64,000 nt of DNA from an uncultured Eubacteriales bacterium (GTDB taxonomy: Bacteria > Acidobacteriota > Aminicenantia > Aminicenantales > Saccharicenantaceae): positions 17,783 to 81,782 of the forward strand of contig CAZPEP010000005.1 in assembly GCA_964585685.1 (NCBI GenBank). Direction: 5' to 3'. Within the stretch, counting starts at the first letter, position 1. Each line of letters begins with the position of its first letter. Made by a program: the position numbers and the translations under genes. Shown piece by piece: positions 37,680-47,189 of the stretch. The notes beneath the pieces were generated by a model. The model made no database searches. It saw only the letters and a list, made by a program, of their open reading frames with translations, and had not been told where the DNA came from.

Positions 37680-39560
37680 TTAATGCTTTTTATGCACGCT
37701 TCCCGAGGAAGAGCTCCGCGAAGAGGATGAGCCGCGGGAGGACGAGGAACCGCGCGAGGCCGATCCGGACTTGGACGAGGATCCGGAGCGCGAAGACACC
37801 TTGGATCCGGAGGATGAGGATGAGGAAGAGGACGACGAGGAGCTCCTTCGGTAGGTGTAGTTTTCCCCGGAGAATTGCTTTAGGATCCGCCCGATGGAGG
37901 ATTCGCGCCAGGGATTGTCACCCTCGCTGGAATACCGGCTCCCGCCGATCTTGATGGACGAAGGGTATCCGACGATGCCCCGGGACAAGACCATTGTCCC
38001 GCCGTCGTCGCTCGTCCCGCGGAATAGCGATTCGTCATCCCCGTAACGACCGAGGCTGAAGCTCGCTGAATCCCCCTTCTTCTTGATCTTTCCCGAGGGC
38101 GTCTTCTTCGAGGCCGGCGCGGTCGCCTTGGGCTTGCTCTTGCTGCCGCGAGAGCTCACGGAGCCGGTCTTCGAGCCGCGCGGCGACACGCCGCCGATCT
38201 CCGAGCTCGGCTCGTCTCCCTTGAGTGAGATCGGCCCGTCACCCTTGCGCAGGAGGACCTTCCGGCCCTCGAGGGGCTGGACCAGGGTTCGGTTCCCGCC
38301 GACCGGCTTGAGGGTCAGTTCTCCGCTGGAGAGGGTGATCCTGTTCAACCCCTTGAGCGCGTCGCCCCGGAGCGCGACGGGCGAGATGTTCTTCGCCTGG
38401 AGCTGGTCCCTGCGGATGACCGTCAGGGCGTGCGAGTTCCAGGGGTAATTGTCGCCTTGCCAGCGGCCGTTGAAGTATCCGTCGACGATGACCACGGGGT
38501 AGCCCCAGTAACTCATCGGGGCCCAGCCGAAGTAATCGTTGTCCCACCACCAGTCGACCCATCCGGGGCCCCAGAGGGACGTGGGGATCCAGTACCAGCC
38601 CATCCCGACACCCCAGTGCCAGCGGCCGTAATGGAAGGTCGACCAGCCCCAGGGCTCGTAGGGCATCCAGGTCCAGCCGGAGAGCGACAGCCAGGTCCAG
38701 CGCCCGTTCGAATAGGGGCGCCAGCCCTCCTCGATCCCCCGGGGGACCCAGACGTTTCCATAGGGCGCGAGGTACATCCAGTCGCCATACTGACCGAGCT
38801 CGTTCTCATAGTCCTCGAGCTCGTTCGGCAGGTAGCGCTTAGGAAGCCTTTTCGAGACCTCGACGTTTCGCGAGTCGTTCCAGCGGTCGAAGCCGTCGGT
38901 GGCCGCGGCCATGAACTGGGAGGGCCGGGAGGGGAACCGTCCCTCCGCCGCCTCGATGCGCTGGCCGGCCTTGATCAGGATGGAGCCTTCTTCGCCCGCG
39001 GCCTCGACGAGGCCACGGAACACAAGAACCTCGGTGTCCTTGTTCTCCTTGACGTCGATGCGGTACAGACCCTCGTCCAGGACGTAGAAGGACGTGTCGG
39101 CCGTATGGACCTCGATGCCCTTTTCCCGGGCCAGGTTGGACACCTCGAGGTAGACGGCGCCGGACCAAACACGGATCCGAACCGTGTCGTCGCCCTTCTT
39201 CGGGAGGTTCAGGAAATCGATCTTGGTCTCGTTGTCGAGGCGGACGTAATTGCCGCGGCCGAAGTGGATCTCGGCCCGGCCGTCGGTCGTCCCGAGCCTG
39301 TCGCCCTCGGTGACGGGGGTGTTGACGACGCATTCCTCGTAGCCGATGTCGGAGGCCCTCTGGATGAAGGCGGTTCCGGTGAGGTGGCTCAGGCGGGCCA
39401 CGGAATCGTTTGTATACGCGGTCTCCTGCTGTTCCTGGGGTATCAGCTGTTCCTCGGGAACAGGCGTTTCCTGGGGTTCCTGCTGTTCCTGACCGAACAA
39501 GGGGAAGGCTATGGCTAAAGCTAGGACCAGGATCATCGCGCATTTCTTGTTCATGATCAT
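37680..39560 (-). CDS. secreted FecR-domain-like protein with Trp-rich region and C-terminal poly-Ser/Gly tail
   Basis: Start taken at MIMNKKCAMILVLALAIAFPLFGQ (signal peptide). The upstream part of the track ORF is translation of the tandem repeat. Central FecR-like beta region. Trp-rich segment WTWLSLSGWTWMPYEPWGWSTFHYGRWHWGVGMGWYW...WVDWWWDNDYFGW. C-terminus SSSSSSSSSSSSGSK... Confidence 0.55.
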   Translation of the reverse strand: MIMNKKCAMILVLALAIAFPLFGQEQQEPQETPVPEEQLIPQEQQETAYTNDSVARLSHLTGTAFIQRASDIGYEECVVNTPVTEGDRLGTTDGRAEIHFGRGNYVRLDNETKIDFLNLPKKGDDTVRIRVWSGAVYLEVSNLAREKGIEVHTADTSFYVLDEGLYRIDVKENKDTEVLVFRGLVEAAGEEGSILIKAGQRIEAAEGRFPSRPSQFMAAATDGFDRWNDSRNVEVSKRLPKRYLPNELEDYENELGQYGDWMYLAPYGNVWVPRGIEEGWRPYSNGRWTWLSLSGWTWMPYEPWGWSTFHYGRWHWGVGMGWYWIPTSLWGPGWVDWWWDNDYFGWAPMSYWGYPVVIVDGYFNGRWQGDNYPWNSHALTVIRRDQLQAKNISPVALRGDALKGLNRITLSSGELTLKPVGGNRTLVQPLEGRKVLLRKGDGPISLKGDEPSSEIGGVSPRGSKTGSVSSRGSKSKPKATAPASKKTPSGKIKKKGDSASFSLGRYGDDESLFRGTSDDGGTMVLSRGIVGYPSSIKIGGSRYSSEGDNPWRESSIGRILKQFSGENYTYRRSSSSSSSSSSSSGSKVSSRSGSSSKSGSASRGSSSSRGSSSSRSSSSGSVHKKH

Positions 39561-39587
39561 TCTCCTCGCACTCTCATTATAGCAAAA

Positions 39588-39960
39588 TCCATGCCAAGAA
39601 ATCCCCCCGATCCCCCCTTTACCAAAGGGGGGAGATCTAGCCCTGGCCCCCTTTACCAAAGGGGGGAACTGACTCTGTACCCCCATTTAACACGGGGGAA
39701 CGGACCCTGCCTCCGTCCTTTCCAAAGGGGAGAACTGACTCTGCACCCCCATAAAACATGGGGGAACGGACCCTGCATCCGTCCTTTCCAAAGGGGAGAA
39801 CTGACTCTGTACCCCCATTTAACACGGGGGAACGGACCCTGCATCCGTCCTTTCCAAAGGGGGGAACTGACTCTGCACCCCCATAAAACATGGGGGAACG
39901 GATCTTACCCCCCTTTATTAAAAGGGGGGCAAGGGGGGATTTAGGTGTCCTCGATATGGG
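39588..39960. repeat. tandem array of ~63-66-bp units (4 copies, two alternating variants) flanked by MITE-like termini of the G/C-run hairpin family
   Basis: Units CCAAAGGGGRGAACTGACTCTGYACCCCCATWWAACAYGGGGGAACGGACCCTGCMTCCGTCCTTT starting near 39652, 39718, 39784 and 39846. Each unit carries CCCCC-N9-GGGGG hairpins. Termini AAATCCCCCCGATCCCCCCTTTACCAAAGGGGGG (39591) and GGGGGATTTAGG (39948) mirror those at 31483 and 31843. Confidence 0.7.
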
Positions 39961-40120
39961 ACGAGTGACATGATTTGGCTACGCAGCTCAATAGCCACGG
40001 CTATAAGGCGCGGAAGGGCCCAAAGGGCCGCAGCTACGAGGCAACAACGAGGCCCCCCTTTGGAAAAGGGAGGTTGGGGGGATTTCCGTAAAGTGCGAGG
40101 CCGGCCCATGCTGGCGGTAG

Positions 40121-40214
40121 GCGCAGGCTTTAGCCGGCGTCCGGGAATATGCTTTGTGGTGCTTCAGGCCGTTTCTTGGCTATGCCTAAGCTCAGGCTAA
40201 AGCCTGAGGCTACC
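40121..40214. repeat. two copies of palindromic motif AGGCTWWAGCCT (GCAGGCTTTAGCCGGCG 40121-40139; CTCAGGCTAAAGCCTGAGGCTAC 40186-40214), the second immediately 3' of the rSAM stop
   Basis: Perfect 8-bp inverted arms CTCAGGCT/AGCCTGAG. The second copy could act as a terminator-like hairpin (7-bp stem, UUUA loop) on the minus-strand transcript. Confidence 0.45.
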
Positions 40215-41712
40215 AGGACTTGTGGGCGAACAGCTTCGCGGCCTTGAGCTTCGCCAGGACCCGGGCCATGACGGCGTAGCGCTTGAGGTCGCCGAACGAA
40301 CGGATGTGGCGGACGGCCCGGAGCGTCTTGCGAACGATCGAGACGTTCCCCCCGCTCATCGCCCAGCGGAAGAGGAGCTCGCTCACCTGGCTCCAGGTCA
40401 GCCTGTCCAGGAAGAGCGGCACGTCGCCCTGGGCCGAGGGCAGGGTCACGACGCGTGACCTGTACCTCTTCGTCCAGGTGAAGTCCTCCGGCAGGAGGCC
40501 CAGCTCCTTCGCCGTGGCCTCGAGGGGTGTCCCCGGATAGACGTGGAGGACGGCGACCGAAGCCTCGACCTCCTTCCGGTAGCGCTCGATGATGCCGGCG
40601 GTTTCCTGCGCCTCTTCCCAGGTCTCGGTCGGGTGGCTGAAGATGAAGAAGACGTTGGGGATGATGCCGAGCTCCCCGCACCAGCGGACGAGGTTGTGGA
40701 AGTCCTCGATCTCGATCATCTTGTGGATGACCTCGCGCCGGACCCGCTCCGAGCCCGCCTCGATGCCGAACGAGACGTGAAAGAGGCCGGCCTTCTTCAT
40801 TTTCTCGAGGAGCGGCCGGGTGATGAGGTCGAGCCGGACCTCGGCCCGCCAGAAGATGTCGAGCTTGCGCTCGAGGATGAGGTCGCAAATGCGATCGACG
40901 CGCTTCGGGCTGGCGTTGAACGTGTCGTCGTAGAAGAAGACGACGCGGACACCGCGCTCGCGGACGTGGGCTTCGATCTCGTCGACGACGTTCTCGGGGC
41001 TTCTCATGCGGACGTGGCGGCCCCAGTTGATGGGCGTCGCGCAGAAGTTGCAGTCGAACGGACAGCCGCGGCTGGCCATGATGTTGACGGCCTGGAGCGG
41101 GCCATGACCCGGGACGTCGATCTTGAAGTTGAACTTCTCGAATGGGACAAGATGGAAGGCGGGGAAGGGGAGGCTGTCGAGGTCGGCGATAGGGGCGCGC
41201 GGCCGCGTGGCGATGACCTTCCCGTCCGCGTCCCTATAGGAAATGCCGTCGATCGCGGCGAGCCGTGCCCAAAGGGACTGCCGATCGCCCCCGGCCTTCT
41301 CGACGGACCGGCAGAGCTCGAGCGTTGTCACCTCGCCCTCGCCCCGGACGACGACGTCGAGCTCGGGGAGGTGGGACAGGGTGTCCGCGGAAGCCATTGA
41401 CGCGTGCGGCCCGCCCATCACGGTCAGGACACCGGGAAGGGCCCGGCGCGCGATCTTGACGAGCTTGAAGCTCTGGAACCGGTTCTCGGTCGTGGACGTG
41501 ACGCCCACGACGTCGGGCCGCTCTGCGCGGATCCTGTCGCGGATCCCGCCCCAGTCGAGCCCCAGGACGTCGGCCGGGACGACGCGGACGTCGATCCCTT
41601 CCTTCTCGAGGACGGCTCCGATGGTGAGGAGGCCCAGGGTGGGCATCGTCGAACCCTTGGACCAGCGCTCGGCGAAGTAGCCGCCGGGCGGAACGAAAAG
41701 CAGGACCTTCAT
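40210..41712 (-). CDS. B12-binding domain radical SAM protein
   Basis: 500 aa. N-terminal cobalamin-binding Rossmann-like domain, then radical-SAM cluster motif CPFDCNFC and SPASM-less C-terminus. Confidence 0.8.
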   Translation of the reverse strand: MKVLLFVPPGGYFAERWSKGSTMPTLGLLTIGAVLEKEGIDVRVVPADVLGLDWGGIRDRIRAERPDVVGVTSTTENRFQSFKLVKIARRALPGVLTVMGGPHASMASADTLSHLPELDVVVRGEGEVTTLELCRSVEKAGGDRQSLWARLAAIDGISYRDADGKVIATRPRAPIADLDSLPFPAFHLVPFEKFNFKIDVPGHGPLQAVNIMASRGCPFDCNFCATPINWGRHVRMRSPENVVDEIEAHVRERGVRVVFFYDDTFNASPKRVDRICDLILERKLDIFWRAEVRLDLITRPLLEKMKKAGLFHVSFGIEAGSERVRREVIHKMIEIEDFHNLVRWCGELGIIPNVFFIFSHPTETWEEAQETAGIIERYRKEVEASVAVLHVYPGTPLEATAKELGLLPEDFTWTKRYRSRVVTLPSAQGDVPLFLDRLTWSQVSELLFRWAMSGGNVSIVRKTLRAVRHIRSFGDLKRYAVMARVLAKLKAAKLFAHKSW

Positions 41713-44700
41713 GCGTCGGCCTTAAGCTCTTCCTTCCGCTCCATCTTCACGGAGTAGATCTTCGTGATGTTCGGCTCCTCCATGGTCGTGCCGTAGATGT
41801 AGTCGGCGACCTCCATGGTCTTGTAGTTGTGGGTGATGATGATGAACTGGGTCTGGTGCTTGATGGCCTTCATCAGGTCGAGGAACCGGCCGAGGTTGAC
41901 GTCGTCGAGGGCCGCGTCGACCTCGTCGAGGAAGCAAAACGGCGACGGCCGGTATCGGAAGAGGGCGAACATGAAGGCCATCGAGGTCAGCGATTTCTCG
42001 CCGCCGGAGAGCAGGGCCAGGTTCTGGACGCGCTTGCCGGGCGGCTGGGCGACGATCTCGACGCCGCTCTCGAGGGCGTTGTCCGGATCGAGGAGCTTGA
42101 CCTCGGCGTGCCCGCCCTTGAAGACCAGGGCGAAGATCTCGCTGAAATTCGTGTTGACCTCCTCGAGGGCCTTGAGGAACTTGTTCTTGCTCTCCTCGTC
42201 GATCTTGCGGATGGCCTCGCCGGTCGCGTCGATCGAATCACGGAGGTCCTTTCTCTGTTCGGAAAGGAAGTCGAAGCGCTTCTTCTGCTCGAGGTACTCC
42301 TCCTCGGCCATGAGGTTGACGGCCTTGTAGCGGAGGAGCGCGTCGCGGGATTCCTCGAGCTCCTTCTCGACATCCTCGTCGGAGAGCTCGGCCACCGGCC
42401 GGAGCTTGCGCGGGGCGCGGCGGAGCTTCACGGGCTCGGCGGCAGGGGCCTGCCCTTCGGCGGCCGGCTCGAGGCTCGCGGCTTCGGCGTCCGGGGCTCC
42501 CGTGGCGATGGACTGGGTCTCTTCGGCTCCCTCTTCGTCTTCGGGGAGAATCTCTTCTTCCAGCTCGGCGGCTTGCGCGGCCCCCGGCACCGCGGCCGCA
42601 GCTTCGGATTCGGTCCGGAGCTCGGCCAGCGTCTTCTTCAGGTCCTGCCAACACGTCTCCTCGAGGTTGACGAGGTCGCGGTCGATCTCTGCCTTGCGGA
42701 TCTCGGCCTTAACCCGGGCGTCCTTGGCGGCCTCCTCTTCCTCGCGGGCGGCCTGGAGCAGGGCTTCGAGCTCATTCTGGCGCTTCCGGATCCCGCGGAG
42801 GGACGTCTCAGTCTTTTCGAGCGACTTCTCGCCCGCGTCGCTCTCTTCCTCGAGAGCCTTCGTCTTTGCGGAGAGCTCGCGGATGTATTCGCCGAGCTTT
42901 TCCTTGCCGGACTCGTCCTCCCGAATCTCCTCCTCGAACGCGGCGATCTTGGCCTCGGTAGTCTCTTTGCGGCGGGCGAGGCCCTGGATCTGGAGGTTGA
43001 GGCCGTTCATCTTCTCTGCCAGGAGGTCGCACTCGGACTTGAGCCCGAAGTGGCGCCGTTCGTTCTCGCCGTCCTTCTCTCGGACGGCGACGAGCTCCCG
43101 GCGGGCGGCCTCGACGCGCTCATTGAGGGCGCGCTCGTCCTCCTCGGCGGCTGTCGCGGCGGCGCGCAGGGCCTCCAGGTTCCCGGTCATGGATTCCTTC
43201 TCGCCGGCCAGCACCGCCAGTTCGCGGGCGATGATCTCGGCCGAGATCGACGCCTTTTCCATCTCGACGCGGCCGAACTTCCGCTCCCGGAGCCGGTCCT
43301 GGAGGGAATGCTCCTCCTCGAGGAGGCTTGCGCGCTCCCGCTCGAGTGCGGTCTCGAGGGAACGGCACTCGGCTTCCTTGGCTTCGAGGGCGGCCGAGGG
43401 CGGGACGATCTCGTCCTCGAGACCGGCGGCCCGCTCTTCGAGCCCGTGGATCTCCTGAGCCAGGGCGATCATGCCGTCGCCCTTCGCCCCGAGCCTAAGG
43501 AGGCCGGAGGCCAACAGAAGGTCGCCCGAGGGCGTGATGAAATTCAGGCCGGGGAACCGGAGCCAGAGCCGGACGGCGGCGGCGGCTTCGCGGACGATGA
43601 CGGCCTCGTCGAGCCGGTCGAGGTGGTTGCGGAAGCGGTCGTCGGTCCGGACGCGGCCCTTGAGGAGGCCGATGACTTCCGTGTCGCCGAGGACCTCGGG
43701 CGGGACGGCGGACCGGATGCGGCCGGGGACGAGGAGGTAACTGCCCTTGAGCCCGGGCCGGAGGGCCTTCAGGAACTCCTCGGGCAGGATGACACGGGCC
43801 CTGGCCTCGTCCTTCCAGAAGACGTCGAAGAGGGGGGCATCCTCGGCGCTCGTCCTGACGAGGTCGGCCAGGAGGCCGAACGAGCCGGGGATGTCCTCGG
43901 CGGCCACGCCGGCGCGCTCCTTGGCGTCCACGGTGCGGAGGGCCTGGAGCTGATAGACGGCGGCGTCGCGGCTCTCTTTGAGGGCGGCGATGCGGCCCCG
44001 GAACTCGTCGGCGGCGGCGCGGGCTGAGGCGAGGTCCGACTGGAGCGAGGCGATCGACCGTTCCTTCTCGATGCGGGCCCCCTCGCGGGAGGCGATCTCG
44101 GACTCGAAGCCGGCGAGGGCGGCCTCGGTCTCGGCGAGGAGGGCGGCTTGGCCGGAGGCCTGGGACCGGAGCTTCTCCTCCTGCCGGAGGACGAGCTCGA
44201 GCTCCTTCTCGACCTTGACGGCGTCGTTCCGCTTCTCGGTGAGCTCCTGGAACGCCCGGAGGTGCTCGTCGCGGAGAGCCTGGATGTCGGCGGCGTGGGC
44301 AGCCGTCCGTTCCTTGGCCACGCGAACGAGGACGGCGGAGGCCTCGACCTCGGATCGGCGACCTTCGAGGTCGGCGGTCATCCCCTCGAGGCCGGAGCGG
44401 GCCTGGACGGATTCGAGTTCGAGGGCGAGCATCTCGGCCCGGAGCTCCTCGCGGGAGGCCTCGGCCTTGCGGCGGGATTCCTCGAGGAACTCGGCGCGCT
44501 TTGTCTCGCGCTCGATCTCGGCCTCGAGGCGGGCGACCTGGGACTTGACGGCGTAGACCCGCTCCTGGCTCTCCTTGAGCGCCTTCTCGAGGTCCCAGAG
44601 GGATTTGCGCACGCCGGCCAGGTCGTGCTCCTCGGCCTTGATTCGGGACATGACCTCATGCTCTTTCTCCAGGCAGACGTTGTGGGCGGCGGCCGCTTCG

Positions 44701-45404
44701 GCCTGGGTCCGGACGAGATGGATGTCCTTGCGGAGATAGTGAAATGAAGTCAGCTCGCGGATGCGCTCGCGGAGACGGCGGTAGCGGTTGGCGGCCGAGG
44801 CCTGGCGCTGGAGGGAGTTCTTGGCCTTCTCGACCTCGGAGATGATGTCCTCGAGGCGGGTCATGTTCTGCTCGCTCGTCTCGATCTTGTTCTGGGCCTG
44901 GCGCTTCCTGTCCTTGTAGTAGGCCGTGCCGGCGGCCTCCTCGAGGAGGGCCCGCTTCTCGAGCGGCTTGGAGGTGACGAACGTGCCGATGGCGCCTTGC
45001 TCGATGACGAAGTACTCGGCCTCGCCGATGGAGTGCTTCCAGAGCTCCTCCTGGATGTCGCGGAGGCGGACGCCCTTGCCGTCGAGGCGATACTCGCTCT
45101 CGCCCGAGCGGAAGGCACGGTGGGAGACGGTCATCTCGCCATCCTCGCCGCCGAGGGAGAGGACGACGTCGGCCATGCTGACGGGCGGGCGCTTGGTGTT
45201 GCCGTTGAAGATGATGTCGTCGGTCCGGTCGCCGCGAACGGTCCTCTGGCGGTGGCCCCCGAGGACCCAGAGGAGCGCGTCGACGAGGTTGCTCTTGCCC
45301 GTGCCGTTGGGGCCGACGATGGCCGTTATGCCGGGGTGGAAGACGATCTTGGTCCGGTCGACGAACGACTTGAATCCCTGCAGTTCGAGCTTCTTGATGA
45401 TCAT
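41709..45404 (-). CDS. smc: chromosome segregation protein SMC
   Basis: 1231 aa. N-terminal Walker A (GPNGTGKSNLVDAL), long coiled coils, hinge, C-terminal signature LSGGEKSLTSMAFMFAL and Walker B (FLDEVDAALD). Confidence 0.9.
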   Translation of the reverse strand: MIIKKLELQGFKSFVDRTKIVFHPGITAIVGPNGTGKSNLVDALLWVLGGHRQRTVRGDRTDDIIFNGNTKRPPVSMADVVLSLGGEDGEMTVSHRAFRSGESEYRLDGKGVRLRDIQEELWKHSIGEAEYFVIEQGAIGTFVTSKPLEKRALLEEAAGTAYYKDRKRQAQNKIETSEQNMTRLEDIISEVEKAKNSLQRQASAANRYRRLRERIRELTSFHYLRKDIHLVRTQAEAAAAHNVCLEKEHEVMSRIKAEEHDLAGVRKSLWDLEKALKESQERVYAVKSQVARLEAEIERETKRAEFLEESRRKAEASREELRAEMLALELESVQARSGLEGMTADLEGRRSEVEASAVLVRVAKERTAAHAADIQALRDEHLRAFQELTEKRNDAVKVEKELELVLRQEEKLRSQASGQAALLAETEAALAGFESEIASREGARIEKERSIASLQSDLASARAAADEFRGRIAALKESRDAAVYQLQALRTVDAKERAGVAAEDIPGSFGLLADLVRTSAEDAPLFDVFWKDEARARVILPEEFLKALRPGLKGSYLLVPGRIRSAVPPEVLGDTEVIGLLKGRVRTDDRFRNHLDRLDEAVIVREAAAAVRLWLRFPGLNFITPSGDLLLASGLLRLGAKGDGMIALAQEIHGLEERAAGLEDEIVPPSAALEAKEAECRSLETALERERASLLEEEHSLQDRLRERKFGRVEMEKASISAEIIARELAVLAGEKESMTGNLEALRAAATAAEEDERALNERVEAARRELVAVREKDGENERRHFGLKSECDLLAEKMNGLNLQIQGLARRKETTEAKIAAFEEEIREDESGKEKLGEYIRELSAKTKALEEESDAGEKSLEKTETSLRGIRKRQNELEALLQAAREEEEAAKDARVKAEIRKAEIDRDLVNLEETCWQDLKKTLAELRTESEAAAAVPGAAQAAELEEEILPEDEEGAEETQSIATGAPDAEAASLEPAAEGQAPAAEPVKLRRAPRKLRPVAELSDEDVEKELEESRDALLRYKAVNLMAEEEYLEQKKRFDFLSEQRKDLRDSIDATGEAIRKIDEESKNKFLKALEEVNTNFSEIFALVFKGGHAEVKLLDPDNALESGVEIVAQPPGKRVQNLALLSGGEKSLTSMAFMFALFRYRPSPFCFLDEVDAALDDVNLGRFLDLMKAIKHQTQFIIITHNYKTMEVADYIYGTTMEEPNITKIYSVKMERKEELKADA

Positions 45405-45467
45405 ATCGTGTATTCTCGCTTGGACGGGGAATTTCGCGGCGGCGCCCCCGGGTTTCCCGTCTGTTCC

Positions 45468-45488
45468 CGGGCTTAAGCCTGAGGCTAC
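45468..45488. repeat. palindromic motif copy GGGCTTAAGCCTGAGGCTAC in divergent smc/PilZ intergenic region
   Basis: GGCTTAAGCC perfect palindrome. The 17-mer CTWAAGCCTGAGGCTAC is shared with 40198-40214. Confidence 0.45.
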
Positions 45489-45679
45489 ATCATAGTTAAA
45501 TTGCCCGTTTTTGGGAAGGGGGCCGAGGGGGCAGATTATTGTTTCCGGTCATTGCGAGGAGCCCGGCGACGAAGCAATCTGGGGCAAGATTGCTTCGCTT
45601 CACTCGCAATGATGCGCTGGCCTTGCGATCTGATCCCTCCCGGCTTGACAATTGTGAGCTGACCCCTCACAATCCCATT

Positions 45680-46039
45680 ATGGAGAACGATCAGCGCAAG
45701 TTCCTTCGGTTCGAGTGTATGCTCCCTGCCGAGATCATAAAGATCGAGGAGCGGGATGGCCTGACCGAGAAGGCCCGGATCGACGATTTTTCAAGGGGCG
45801 GATTAAAGCTCGTCCTCAACCTGGACTTCAATTTCGTCCCCGGCGCGAAGATCGAGCTTAAGTGTTCCCTGCCCGACAAGGCCGATACGGCCCCGGCCAA
45901 GGCCGAGGTCATCTGGAGCAAGAACGAAGGCGGTACTTGGTCCCTCGGCCTGAAGATCCTGGACATGGCCCCCGAGGCCCTCTCCGAGATCCTCGATTCC
46001 TGCTACACGCATTGGCAGGAAAAGAAGCTCAAGGGCTAA
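45680..46039 (+). CDS. PilZ-domain protein (putative c-di-GMP receptor)
   Basis: Start at MENDQRKFLRFE (RxxxR), later DFSRGGLKL (D/NxSxGG) PilZ motifs. The upstream in-frame extension in the track is probably not translated. Confidence 0.6.
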   Translation: MENDQRKFLRFECMLPAEIIKIEERDGLTEKARIDDFSRGGLKLVLNLDFNFVPGAKIELKCSLPDKADTAPAKAEVIWSKNEGGTWSLGLKILDMAPEALSEILDSCYTHWQEKKLKG

Positions 46040-46092
46040 CCCCTCCGTGCTGGACAGCTGCCCGCGTCTCGGCTATAATCTTCCTCCTTCGG

Positions 46093-46165
46093 GCCAGCGT
46101 AGCTCAGTCGGTAGAGCGGCTGATTCGTAATCAGCAGGTCGGAGGTTCGATCCCTCTCGCTGGCT
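46093..46165 (+). tRNA. tRNA-Thr (anticodon CGU)
   Basis: GCCAGCG-TA-GCTC-AGTCGGTA-GAGC-G-GCTGA-TTCGTAA-TCAGC-AGGTC-GGAGG-TTCGATC-CCTCT-CGCTGGC-T. No encoded CCA. The 3' 48 nt recur three times downstream (att copies). Confidence 0.8.
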
Positions 46166-46349
46166 CTCCCATATTCCCCCCATATAGCCCTCCGGAATCA
46201 ATCATTTAGGCCGGAGGCGTGTCCGCGTTGTCGTTCCCGTCAACTCCATCGGATTCCGCTATTTTCCAGTATCTTTTGGCAAAAATTTGGTCATCGGAAT
46301 TCGCTTGCTCTTTTCGGACTACGCGATAAGATATAAACAGGATCATAAT

Positions 46350-46673
46350 ATGCCTTGGGCTTTGTTGAAGTGTGAGGATTGCGGCAGGTTTTATCGGCAT
46401 TACCCGGTCGGGGAAGTGGAGCGATGGATAAATAAGGGGATGAACCCCAGCCTCCGTAGTGACAAGGCCCACTTTGCCAGGCAGGTCAAGAAACTGGAAG
46501 CACTGTGTCCTTACTGCCGGGAAGCGCTGAACGGGATGCCCTACTTTCCCTCTCGGACCAAGTGCCGTATCTGCAATAGAGACGCCGGGCGAGATAAGCA
46601 CGGGAATTGCAGGTTTTGCGGGGGGCCCTTGGGCGTCCTTGTGAGCAAGACGTTTTCCCGCCGGAAACGCTAA
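46350..46673 (+). CDS. small Cys-rich (4x CxxC) zinc-ribbon protein, hypothetical
   Basis: MPWALLKCEDCGRF...CPYCREAL...CRICNRD...CRFCGGP. Start chosen at internal Met. Element-encoded. Confidence 0.35.
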   Translation: MPWALLKCEDCGRFYRHYPVGEVERWINKGMNPSLRSDKAHFARQVKKLEALCPYCREALNGMPYFPSRTKCRICNRDAGRDKHGNCRFCGGPLGVLVSKTFSRRKR

Positions 46674-46841
46674 AAAGGGAAAATTGCCTCGGTGGACCCT
46701 AAAAATAAATTAAAATAATTTCTAATGTCCACAACCCTTTAAACAACAATAACTTACGCCCATCCGTCGGAAAGCATAGCGATCGGACGACGTGCTCAAA
46801 ACCCCAGAAAACAGGTCTTTTTTCACCATATTCTTACTATA

Positions 46842-47189
46842 GTGAAGGCGGTAAAAATGACGAAGAAAGAAAGAGCGGACCAGGCAGTTCAAGACGTACT
46901 GAACTCGCCTCTTATACGGCATATCATTGCCAGCCTCAACCCTGACATGGCCGGCCTTCGGAGAGCGATAAGGGCCACCCTTGGGGAGGTCGCAGAGGCC
47001 GCCAGGGAGGAGTTTCATGACGAATGGGAGGAGGCCGCGCGCGGCTCCCTGACCGAGAAGGTCGCATTGGCAAACGCACTCAATGTGCCGTTCAAGAAAC
47101 TGTGGCCTCAAACCTATGATCAAGTCTCGGAGATGTTAGCTACCACGGGTATGCGTTCGAAGCCCAAGACGAAAAAAGCAAAAGGCTAA
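46842..47189 (+). CDS. hypothetical protein (element-encoded)
   Basis: 115-aa ORF, acidic/helical, no recognisable motif. Confidence 0.3.
   Translation: MKAVKMTKKERADQAVQDVLNSPLIRHIIASLNPDMAGLRRAIRATLGEVAEAAREEFHDEWEEAARGSLTEKVALANALNVPFKKLWPQTYDQVSEMLATTGMRSKPKTKKAKG

Noticed and set aside
35204-37954. Alternative-frame ORFs (35204-35761, 36755-37954, 36945-37616) across the PBP1A gene
   Set aside because: They overlap a gene with complete GT51 and transpeptidase motifs. They are high-GC frame artefacts.
39591-39944. 117-aa plus-strand ORF (and 84/63-aa minus ORFs) inside the tandem repeat
   Set aside because: The amino-acid sequence is itself a perfect repeat of the DNA units (…FQRGELTLYPHLTRGNGPC… four times). 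Translation artefact.
39588-39960. Tandem repeat array considered as a CRISPR array
   Set aside because: Whole ~65-bp units including the would-be spacers are repeated. There are no unique spacers and no cas genes nearby. The array is flanked by MITE-like termini.
41829-44027. 732-aa plus-strand ORF inside smc
   Set aside because: It is antisense to a gene with unmistakable SMC motifs. The translation is G/L/E-rich low complexity.
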